Below are positions 8,650-16,826 of a DNA stretch of 48,062 nt, one piece after another. The position numbers were made by a program, and so were the translations under genes. Origin of the DNA: a virus (taxonomy: Duplodnaviria > Caudoviricetes); the IMG/VR virus record IMGVR_UViG_3300048881_000104, positions 1-48,062 of that record. One strand, written 5' to 3'. Positions within the stretch are counted from its first letter, which is position 1. Each line of letters starts with the position of its first letter. Under the pieces are notes generated by a model. That model was not told the DNA's origin. It saw nothing but the letters and a program-made list of their open reading frames with translations, and ran no database searches.

Positions 8650-10449
8650 ATGGCAGACACATCTGTATTTGAAAGATTGAGACGGCTTTTCTCCACTCAA
8701 GCTGTAGTTAGAAATATTGGCGGTAGAAAATTAAAAGTATCTGATACCTCTCAACGTCAATCCTTTGGTACTAGAAACCTCATTGATCGATATAGAAGGG
8801 TTCATAATGCTGGCCAATATGGATATTCAGCACAAAGTAATTATGATACCTATTCCTCGTTTCAGCAAGCAAGAATGCAACTATTCCGTGATTATGATTT
8901 AATGGATCACGATCCTATAGTAGCATCAGTTCTTGATATCTATGCTGACGAGTCAACAGTTAAAAACGAATTTGGTGAATTAATTTCTATTAAATCAGAA
9001 AATGATGAAATTCAAAATATTTTGAGTAATCTTTTTTATGATATTTTAAACTTAGAATTTAATCTCTGGCCTTGGGCAAGAAATATGTGCAAGTATGGAG
9101 ATTTCTATTTATACTTGATGTTAGATCCTCACCATGGCGTTAGTAATGTAATTCCTCTTTCTGTTTATGAAACTGGCAGAATAGAAGGGGATCAAGAAAC
9201 GGGGAATCCGTTTAATGTAAAATTTAAAGTTGATACTCAATATTCTTTCTTACCAAAAGATGAATTTGATAACTTCGAAGTCGCACACTTCAGACTGCTT
9301 TCCGATTCAAATTTTATGCCTTATGGTAAGTCTATGATTGAGGGCGGAAGAAGGTTACATAAACAACTCCGCTTGATGGAAGACGCAATGTTAATCCATC
9401 GTGTTACCAGAGCACCCGATAAGAGAATATTCAAAGTAGATGTTGGTAATATTCCTCCAGCAGAAATTGACAATTATATGGAACGTATTATTAACCAAGT
9501 CAAGAGATCGCCTTTGGTTGATAGTAAAACTGGCGAATATAACATGAAGTTTAATATGCAGAATATTCTAGAAGATTTTTATATGCCAGTTCGTGGAAAA
9601 GATTCTGGAACAGATGTTAATAATCTTTCTGGTCTTACATTCAATGCTATTGAAGATGTTGATTATCTATTGAGAAAACTTATGGCCGCCTTTAAGGTTC
9701 CTAAGTCTTTCATTGGATACGAAGAAGATATAAGTGGAAAGGCCACATTAGCTGCTCAAGATGTTCGTTTTGCTAGAACTATTGAAAGAATTCAACGAAT
9801 TATGGTTAGTGAGTTAAATAAGATAGCAATTATCCATCTTTATATTCTTGGATTTAGGGATGAAGAGTTGGTTGACTTTAAATTGTCATTAACCAACCCA
9901 TCTATGGTTTATGAATTGGAGAAGATCGGCCTTTGGAAAGAAAAGTCAAGTCTTGCTGATCAATTGGTCGCAGGGAAATTTATGTCCCGTGAGTGGATTT
10001 ATACAAATATCTTCGAACTTTCAGATGAAGATGTTATTATTGAACAAGATAAAGTTCTTGATGATGCAAGATTTGAGGGTACTGTTCAAAAAGTTACCCA
10101 AGATACTATTAATCCACCACAGCCAGAAATGGGTGGTGAGGAACCACCAGTGGAAGAGGGTGCCGAGGATACAGATTTATATGACGCAGAACGGAGTTTA
10201 GATGATGTTCAAAAATTAACGACAAGTAAGAAGAAAATGGGTCGGCCGCCAGAAGGACACAAATACGGATCAGATAAAGATAAGCTTGGCCGCGATCCAT
10301 TAGGATACAAAGAAATCTTAGCAGCTATGGACGTATTACCAAAAAATAAGAAAAATGGAAAATCTTTTGTACATCCTGGCCTAAAAGAGTCATTAAAGGG
10401 ATTAGATGACTTTTTAGATGTCCCAGATCCTACGATTTTAAAAGATTAA
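8650..10449 (+). CDS. gp20: Portal protein (T4 gp20-like)
   Basis: LDIYADE, MEDAMLIHRVTRAPDKRIFKVDVGNIP, EDFYMPVRG, FKVPKSF, DVRFARTIERIQ. Confidence 0.95.
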   Translation: MADTSVFERLRRLFSTQAVVRNIGGRKLKVSDTSQRQSFGTRNLIDRYRRVHNAGQYGYSAQSNYDTYSSFQQARMQLFRDYDLMDHDPIVASVLDIYADESTVKNEFGELISIKSENDEIQNILSNLFYDILNLEFNLWPWARNMCKYGDFYLYLMLDPHHGVSNVIPLSVYETGRIEGDQETGNPFNVKFKVDTQYSFLPKDEFDNFEVAHFRLLSDSNFMPYGKSMIEGGRRLHKQLRLMEDAMLIHRVTRAPDKRIFKVDVGNIPPAEIDNYMERIINQVKRSPLVDSKTGEYNMKFNMQNILEDFYMPVRGKDSGTDVNNLSGLTFNAIEDVDYLLRKLMAAFKVPKSFIGYEEDISGKATLAAQDVRFARTIERIQRIMVSELNKIAIIHLYILGFRDEELVDFKLSLTNPSMVYELEKIGLWKEKSSLADQLVAGKFMSREWIYTNIFELSDEDVIIEQDKVLDDARFEGTVQKVTQDTINPPQPEMGGEEPPVEEGAEDTDLYDAERSLDDVQKLTTSKKKMGRPPEGHKYGSDKDKLGRDPLGYKEILAAMDVLPKNKKNGKSFVHPGLKESLKGLDDFLDVPDPTILKD

Positions 10450-10503
10450 TTGTTTTTAAAAATATAGACAATATTTAATATATAGACTTACTATAGGAAA
10501 CCT

Positions 10504-11379
10504 ATGAGCATAAAACATAGTAAATATAAGAATACCGGAATTCTTTTCGAATTATTGACGCGTCAAATCACATCTGATATCTTATCGGGAAGAAAGGCGC
10601 CAATGGCTGCTCCTATACTCGAAAAGTATTTTAATAAAAATAAAGAATTAGGAAAGGAATTAATTCTTTATTTATCTTTTTTTAATGGAAAAAAGTTAAG
10701 TGAAACCAATGCGTTAGATTATATAAACATTCTTGTAGAACAACGAAAGAAGTTAAATAATCGTAAATTGAAGGAAGAGAAGTATAATCTAGTTAAAGAA
10801 ATTAAAGAAAACTATGATTTGAGTAAGTTTCTTTTGAACAGAGTTCCTTCTTATAAAATTTATGCTTCGATTTACAAGAGTTTTGAATGTGCTATTCAAG
10901 GATACACATACGATAATGTACGAGAACTCAGTGAAGCAAAATATACATTGGTTGAATATCTCTGTGGTGAGAATGAAAATAAGAATATTGTAATTGAAAG
11001 TGAAGTTGTAAATACACTAAGAGAACAAGAAGACGATTTAAGATTATTGACTTATAAGTTAATTCTTGAGAAGTTTAATAAAAAGTACAAGAAATTGAAT
11101 GATAGTCAAAAGAATCTTTTGAGAGAATTTTTAAATAAGGGAACAAATACGGCTCATATCTTACAGTTAGCTAAAGATGAGGCCAAGAGACTTTCTGATT
11201 CTATTGATAAGAAGATTGAATATGTCTATAATGATGTTCAAAGAATCAAATTAACAGAAGTTAGAAAACAATTAAATAAGTTTGATTCCCTTAAATATAT
11301 TAAAAATAATCATCTGACAGCATTGATGATTGGTTATGAGTTGGATAGCCAATTAAACAACTTCCAACCCCATGAATGA
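10504..11379 (+). CDS. Head-module hypothetical protein
   Basis: 291-aa ORF (KHSKYKNTGILFELL) between portal and protease. TATTTAAT 24 nt upstream. Confidence 0.75.
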   Translation: MSIKHSKYKNTGILFELLTRQITSDILSGRKAPMAAPILEKYFNKNKELGKELILYLSFFNGKKLSETNALDYINILVEQRKKLNNRKLKEEKYNLVKEIKENYDLSKFLLNRVPSYKIYASIYKSFECAIQGYTYDNVRELSEAKYTLVEYLCGENENKNIVIESEVVNTLREQEDDLRLLTYKLILEKFNKKYKKLNDSQKNLLREFLNKGTNTAHILQLAKDEAKRLSDSIDKKIEYVYNDVQRIKLTEVRKQLNKFDSLKYIKNNHLTALMIGYELDSQLNNFQPHE

Positions 11380-11848
11380 CAAATATTTAAGAAAGATCAT
11401 CAGAGAAATAATTCGAAGAGAATTAGATGAGATATCTACAACTGCAAATGTTGGTAGTTATTTAACACCACATGCATTTGCAGGAAAATCTCTGCTATAT
11501 AGAAAGAAAATAAAAGCTGTGGCTGAGAAGCTTGGATGGAAATTAACTAAGCGTGGTCAACAAGCTCTTAATAGAAAAATTGATGAGATGCTTAGTGAAG
11601 GAACTTCTAAATATTATTTGTTTAGAAATGATCAAGAAAAAACTGCTAGACAAAAAATTGGATTATCAATTCGTGAAGCAAAACGGTTATTGGGTCGAGT
11701 AGATGCTCAATTAAAAATTTTGTCAAAGTATAAAAACGAATTCGGATATTCAGCTAATAGTTACTGGAAGAGAACATTAAAAGATATTTATAGAATTGAA
11801 GAGAGATTAGTAAAAATTTCTCATAAACTGAGAGAATTAAAAACATGA
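11372..11848 (+). CDS. Head-module hypothetical protein, probable protease substrate
   Basis: IIREIIRRELDE|ISTTANVGSYLTPHAF. Overlaps both neighbours. Confidence 0.7.
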   Translation: MNDKYLRKIIREIIRRELDEISTTANVGSYLTPHAFAGKSLLYRKKIKAVAEKLGWKLTKRGQQALNRKIDEMLSEGTSKYYLFRNDQEKTARQKIGLSIREAKRLLGRVDAQLKILSKYKNEFGYSANSYWKRTLKDIYRIEERLVKISHKLRELKT

Positions 11849-12435
11849 GTGAACAGACGCTTTTAGTAGAACAAAATCTATTATATTATGATAATGAACT
11901 TATTAAAGAAGCTCACGATGCCAGTAAGCCTCTTATTTTACGTCATGTTACTCTTCAACGGGCAAATTCAAAAAACCAAAATGGTCGAATCTACCCAAGA
12001 AACGTTTTGACAAAAGAAGTGGTAAAATATGAAAAAGAGTTTGTTCAACAGAACCGTGCGCTTGGTGAATTAGATCATCCAGAAAGTCCAATAGTTAATT
12101 TAAGAAACGTTTGTGCTAATGTTACTAAAATTGGTATGAAAGGGGATTCAGTAATGGGAGATATGCAAATTCTTTCAACCCCTGCTGGTAATATTGTCCG
12201 CGAACTTGTTAAAAATAACATTCGGCTTGGAGTAAGTAGCCGTGGTGTTGGTACTGTAAAGAATGTTAATGAAGATACTCTTGAAGTACAAGAGGATTAT
12301 AGTTTAATTTGTTTTGATGTAGTTTCCAACCCATCAACGCCAGGTGCTTTTATCAATGAAAGCATTGATCCCGTCCCCCAACTTGTGGTGAATATAGATT
12401 CTCTGATTTATGATTTCTTAGCAGAAATAAAATGA
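11845..12435 (+). CDS. gp21: Prohead core protease (T4 gp21-like)
   Basis: NQNGRIYP, ALGELDHP, GVSSRGVG, DVVSNPSTPGAF. Confidence 0.95.
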   Translation: MSEQTLLVEQNLLYYDNELIKEAHDASKPLILRHVTLQRANSKNQNGRIYPRNVLTKEVVKYEKEFVQQNRALGELDHPESPIVNLRNVCANVTKIGMKGDSVMGDMQILSTPAGNIVRELVKNNIRLGVSSRGVGTVKNVNEDTLEVQEDYSLICFDVVSNPSTPGAFINESIDPVPQLVVNIDSLIYDFLAEIK

Positions 12436-12821
12436 GCAAGAATCGGGACGCTCTTCGTAGATTAGAAACCCTTCTTAAAGAAGCATCTTATACCAAGAAA
12501 GTTTTAGAAACATTAGGTAAAGCTGCTACTGATACATTAGTAAACAAGTTGATGTCTGATGAGAATTTTGATTTGAAAGGATTTTTTGAGACTCAAAAGA
12601 AAATCCACGAATCGGAAAGATTGGAAAGAAGAATACATCGTCTGTGTGAGAAAAAAACCGGAGGATCGTTTCAAGGTGAAACTGTAGATGCGTTTTCTGC
12701 TTTTATGATTTCTAAAGTTTTGAAGAACCTTACCAATGAACAAAAATCCCACCTTCTATCAAGGCCCATTAAAGAGATTATAGCCATTTCCTATAAATTA
12801 GCCGCACGAACGGAGTTTTAA
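12432..12821 (+). CDS. Hypothetical head-module protein
   Basis: ATGA overlap with the protease gene. LLKE leader, VDAFSA motif. Confidence 0.65.
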   Translation: MSKNRDALRRLETLLKEASYTKKVLETLGKAATDTLVNKLMSDENFDLKGFFETQKKIHESERLERRIHRLCEKKTGGSFQGETVDAFSAFMISKVLKNLTNEQKSHLLSRPIKEIIAISYKLAARTEF

Positions 12822-12822
12822 C

Positions 12823-13560
12823 ATGAATGTTCGTGATGTAATGAAATCTTTTCAGATTCGTGATACTCTTAATACAAATGTTTGGGAAGAAGATAAGACC
12901 TTAAATCCAAAAGTAAGAAAAATTTTATTAAAGGTAGCTAAAAAGTTTATTGATGATTGGAATGTAGATAAAAAGATTAAAATCCACGATATCAGATTTA
13001 CAGGCAGTTTGGCGGCTTATAATTGGTCAAAGTTTTCTGACATAGATTTACATATTATTGTTCAGTATAAAGATCTTAATAAGGATATAAATTTGGTTTC
13101 AAGATTTTTTACTTTAATGAAATCACATTGGAACAATAAACATAACATAAAGATTGATGGATATGAAATAGAAGTATATGTAGAAGATATGTCGGAAAAA
13201 CATACTGCAACGGGACTTTATTCTGTTACGAAAGACGAATGGATAAAAGAACCAAAACCAACAGATGCTGTTTATGATGAAGATGATGTTTTGACAAAAT
13301 CAAAATATTTCTTTAATTTATACAATGATATCTTGGTACCAAAGTATAGAGAAGGAAAATATGTGGAAGTTATTCGAACGATTGAAAAGACAAAAGAAAA
13401 AATTAGAAAAATGAGAAGTTCGGGTCTGGCTAGAGGCGGAGAATTTTCAACGGAAAATTTAGTTTTTAAAGTTTTACGAAGAACTGATCTCATGGGTAAG
13501 ATGAACGATTTGATCACAAAATCTACAGATAAAATTTTATCTGAAAAGACGATAATGTAA
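12823..13560 (+). CDS. Pol-beta superfamily nucleotidyltransferase
   Basis: GSLAAYNWSKFSDIDLHI (GS...DxD), third acidic strand IEVYVED, GEFSTENLVFKVLR. Confidence 0.85.
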   Translation: MNVRDVMKSFQIRDTLNTNVWEEDKTLNPKVRKILLKVAKKFIDDWNVDKKIKIHDIRFTGSLAAYNWSKFSDIDLHIIVQYKDLNKDINLVSRFFTLMKSHWNNKHNIKIDGYEIEVYVEDMSEKHTATGLYSVTKDEWIKEPKPTDAVYDEDDVLTKSKYFFNLYNDILVPKYREGKYVEVIRTIEKTKEKIRKMRSSGLARGGEFSTENLVFKVLRRTDLMGKMNDLITKSTDKILSEKTIM

Positions 13561-13563
13561 AGG

Positions 13564-13785
13564 ATGATGATGGTGTTTGTAAAGGTTACGGGAAACAATC
13601 TTCAGAAAGCAATTAACATTTTTAATAAAAAAGTTAAACAAGCTGGTATAATCCAAGAGGTTTATCGCAGGCAAGAATATATCAAACCCTCTGTAAAACG
13701 AAAGCTAAAAAGAGAAGAAGCTATCAAGAAAAGAATCAGAGAAGAGAAGAAAAAAAGAAATAAGAAAAAATACAATAAATTTTAA
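13564..13785 (+). CDS. rpsU: Phage-encoded 30S ribosomal protein bS21
   Basis: VKV..NNLQKAINIFNKKVKQAGIIQEVYRRQEYIKPSVKRK matches the bS21 pattern. Small and basic. Confidence 0.9.
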   Translation: MMMVFVKVTGNNLQKAINIFNKKVKQAGIIQEVYRRQEYIKPSVKRKLKREEAIKKRIREEKKKRNKKKYNKF

Positions 13786-13823
13786 TTTTTCTAAAATATT
13801 GATGATATATATTAATAAGAGTA

Positions 13824-13846
13824 CGCCTAATGTTAGGCGGTTTTTT
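13824..13846 (+). terminator. Rho-independent terminator-like hairpin after bS21
   Basis: CGCCTA-ATGT-TAGGCG followed by GTTTTTT. Confidence 0.6.
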
Positions 13847-13907
13847 GCATATTATATACTATACCAAATAAAGACTCAAATAGTCTTTTAAACACAAGGG
13901 GTTTAAA

Positions 13908-15128
13908 ATGGCAGAATTTAAAAACGATTTACTCAGAGAAGCTATTGCTGATGCAGAGCAAGTGCGGGAAACCGCTATTGCAAATGCAAAGCTACAGCTT
14001 GAAGAGTCAATCGCTCCTACCATTAAGGCAGAATTAACAAAAGCTCTTTCTCAAACTGAGGAAGTCGCGGAAGCCATTCAGGAAACTGAAGAGGTTGACG
14101 AGGCCCACGATCCGAAAGGCGCGAAGGCTAATGACTTTGCTGAGGTTGGTGAGGGCATTGAGTCTGCGGATGTCGCAGACGAGGATTCAGAAGTTGAGAT
14201 CGTCAGTGAAGACGAATCAACAACTGATGATGTTGTAGAAGGGGAAGCTACGGTGAGTGAAGAGGCAGAAGAGATTTCGGAAGAGGTCGAAGAGGCTGAG
14301 TCGGTGGATGAGATTGATATTACCGTCCGCGGAGCCACAACTACTGTTAGTGGACCTGAAATAAGTGCACCCGATATTCGTGAAGAAGAAGAAGAGGAAG
14401 AGGAAGTTGTGGATGATGAGGAAGAGGACGAAGATCTTGAAGATTTAGACCTTGAAGCCATTATTGCAGATCTTCAACGTGAAGTCGATGCTCTTGAAGA
14501 GGATGATGAGGAAGAGGAAGAGGAAGAGGAAATTCCCCCAGTTGAAGATGACGAGGAGGAAGAGGAAGTTGATGAGGGTGATGATGATGAAGAGGAAGTT
14601 GAAGTTGAAGATGAAGAGGATGAGGACGAGGAGGAAGTTGAAGAAGACCTCGACTTAGACGCTATTCTTCGTGAAATTGAAGCCGAATTGTCCGAAGAGG
14701 ACGAAACTGAATTGGCTCAGGAAAATACGAGACTACAAAGTGAGCTGGACGAATATCGTAAAGCTGTTGAATTGCTTCGCGGAAAGCTCAATGAAGTCAA
14801 TCTTCTAAATGCTAAGTTACTGTTTACAAACAAGTTGTTCAAAGGTAAGGAACTATCACAAGACCAGAAAATTCACGTTGTCGAGACATTTGATCTTGCT
14901 ACGACAATCCGTGAAGTGAAACTTCTCTATGCTACATTAGCAGAAGCTACGATTAATGTTCCTACCAAGCAAAAGAAGCAAACTACTTCCACAACGGAAG
15001 TTGTTGCTGAAGGTATTGCTTCAAAGGTAGTTGGTGGTACTGCCCCAACGACTGAGGTTCTAGAAGAAGATCAATTTGCCGGGTTTAGGAGTCGAATGAA
15101 ACAACTAGCCGGCCTTGACGTACTTTAA
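13908..15128 (+). CDS. Prohead scaffold protein (gp22-like)
   Basis: Highly acidic, LLREAIADA N-term, LNEVNLLNAKLLFTNKLF, ends RMKQLAGL. Immediately precedes the MCP. Confidence 0.85.
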   Translation: MAEFKNDLLREAIADAEQVRETAIANAKLQLEESIAPTIKAELTKALSQTEEVAEAIQETEEVDEAHDPKGAKANDFAEVGEGIESADVADEDSEVEIVSEDESTTDDVVEGEATVSEEAEEISEEVEEAESVDEIDITVRGATTTVSGPEISAPDIREEEEEEEEVVDDEEEDEDLEDLDLEAIIADLQREVDALEEDDEEEEEEEEIPPVEDDEEEEEVDEGDDDEEEVEVEDEEDEDEEEVEEDLDLDAILREIEAELSEEDETELAQENTRLQSELDEYRKAVELLRGKLNEVNLLNAKLLFTNKLFKGKELSQDQKIHVVETFDLATTIREVKLLYATLAEATINVPTKQKKQTTSTTEVVAEGIASKVVGGTAPTTEVLEEDQFAGFRSRMKQLAGLDVL

Positions 15129-15147
15129 CAATTAATGGAGATTGAAT

Positions 15148-16707
15148 ATGAGTGATGTTTCTAGCTTTTTAAACGAAGCTACTACTGCTCACAGTCAGCT
15201 CACTGATGCGGCCAGAAGCATGGCCGAGAAGTGGGAAGGCTCTGGCCTTTTGGATGGGTTGGAAGGACACGAGCGTAGTGGTATGGCTGTACTGCTTGAG
15301 AACCAAGCGGGTCAGCTTTTAAATGAGGTTTCTTCAACAGGAAACGAGAACTGGGCTGGAGTAGCTCTACCTCTCGTTCGTAAGGTTCTGGGGCAGATTG
15401 CTTCCAAGAACTTTGTATCGGTTCAGCCAATGAACCTTCCTGCTGGGTTAGTCTTTTATATGGACTTCCAGTATGGAACGGCTGTTGGTGATCGCACTGC
15501 TGGCGATTCCATTTATGGAATTACTAGTGGTAGTGGAACCCTACCGCGTTCTGGCCTATATGGTGCTGGCCGGCATGCTTACTCAGTGAACGATCAGACG
15601 AAAACTGGTCTTACGGTTGCTGCTCTACGCACCGCGTCGGCAGCTGACTTGGATTACGAGACAACTTCGTCCTCGACTGTTTACATGGTTCACCAAATGT
15701 CCGCATCTGCGATTGATGCAAACGCTGACTTGTCAGCCGTTCGTTCATTCGTTCCTTCGGGATCGGTCATTGATCACAGTGGTTGGTTACCACAGTTTAC
15801 AAAACTAGGAGATGGACAAACGACTGTTCGTTTTGTTACTCCTTATGGTGCTGCAGCGCAGATTACTAAAGTTACCTTTAGTAAACAGCCTGCAACCGTG
15901 GTTGGTACTAACCAATCTGGCGATTTCGAGGATACAGCTGGAAGTGATATTGCGATTCCAGAAATTAATCTCGCACTTCGGTCAGAGACTATTGCAGCTA
16001 AGACGCGTAAGCTGAAAGCTGTATGGTCACCAGAACTCGCACAAGACTTGAATGCTTATCACAGCATTGATGCTGAGGCTGAGTTAACGGGTATGTTGAG
16101 TGATCATATCTCCTTGGAAGTTGATTTGGAGATTCTTGACATGCTTCTGGTACATGCGACCACAACCGACTACTGGTCGGCTGAGGTTGGTAAGGTTTAC
16201 GATTCAGGAACGGCAGCATTCGCGGCCACTCCTTCTGCTGGTACAGCTTGGACTAATATGACTTGGTTCCAGACGCTTGGCCAGAAGATGCAGAAGGTTT
16301 CAAATCGGATTCATCAGCTCACCCTTCGTGGTGGTGCTAACTGGGCTGTTTGCTCACCAACTGTTGCTACAATCCTTGAAACCATTCCAGGCTTCTTGGC
16401 AGGAACAGCCGGCGACTCAATGGAGTTTGCTGCTGGTGTAACGCAAATAGGTTCATTCCAGAACCGATTCCAAGTTTACAAGAACCCGTATATGACTGAG
16501 AACGTTGTTCTTATGGGTTATCGTGGACCTAATTTCCTAGAGACAGGAGCGGTATATGCACCTTATATTCCGTTGATCATGACACCTCTGGTGTACGATC
16601 CGACTAACTTTACACCGCGCAGGGGAGTTATGACCCGTTACGCGAAGAAGGTAGTCCGTCCTGAGTTCTTCGGGAAGATCGTTATTGACCGCTTGGAGCT
16701 AATCTAA
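15148..16707 (+). CDS. gp23: Major capsid protein (T4 gp23-like)
   Basis: LLENQ, VQPMNLPAGLVF, TRKLKAVWSPELAQDLNAYHSIDAEAEL, GAVYAPYIPL, PRRGVMTRY. GGGAG SD favours ATG 15148. Confidence 0.97.
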   Translation: MSDVSSFLNEATTAHSQLTDAARSMAEKWEGSGLLDGLEGHERSGMAVLLENQAGQLLNEVSSTGNENWAGVALPLVRKVLGQIASKNFVSVQPMNLPAGLVFYMDFQYGTAVGDRTAGDSIYGITSGSGTLPRSGLYGAGRHAYSVNDQTKTGLTVAALRTASAADLDYETTSSSTVYMVHQMSASAIDANADLSAVRSFVPSGSVIDHSGWLPQFTKLGDGQTTVRFVTPYGAAAQITKVTFSKQPATVVGTNQSGDFEDTAGSDIAIPEINLALRSETIAAKTRKLKAVWSPELAQDLNAYHSIDAEAELTGMLSDHISLEVDLEILDMLLVHATTTDYWSAEVGKVYDSGTAAFAATPSAGTAWTNMTWFQTLGQKMQKVSNRIHQLTLRGGANWAVCSPTVATILETIPGFLAGTAGDSMEFAAGVTQIGSFQNRFQVYKNPYMTENVVLMGYRGPNFLETGAVYAPYIPLIMTPLVYDPTNFTPRRGVMTRYAKKVVRPEFFGKIVIDRLELI

Positions 16708-16719
16708 GTTAGTTGATAA

Positions 16720-16775
16720 TACCTTCGGGTAGATAGTAAAAAGAGGGTGGGCCTTCGGGTCCACCCTTCTTTTTT
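16720..16775 (+). terminator. MCP terminator with two C(UUCG)G hairpins
   Basis: TACC-TTCG-GGTA (16720-16731), then GGGTGGGCC-TTCG-GGTCCACCC followed by TTCTTTTTT. Confidence 0.9.
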
Positions 16776-16790
16776 GCAATAACTCCATCA

Positions 16791-16798
16791 TATTTATA
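16791..16798 (+). promoter_or_regulatory. Putative late promoter TATTTATA for the monooxygenase gene
   Basis: Perfect motif 28 nt upstream of ATG 16827, with GGAGG SD. Confidence 0.65.
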
Positions 16799-16826
16799 GA
16801 TATAATAATATGTTTGGAGGTAAATA

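Noticed and set aside
14380-14650. GAA/GAG/GAT low-complexity tract as a repeat element
   Set aside because: Explained by the poly-Glu/Asp region of the scaffold protein.
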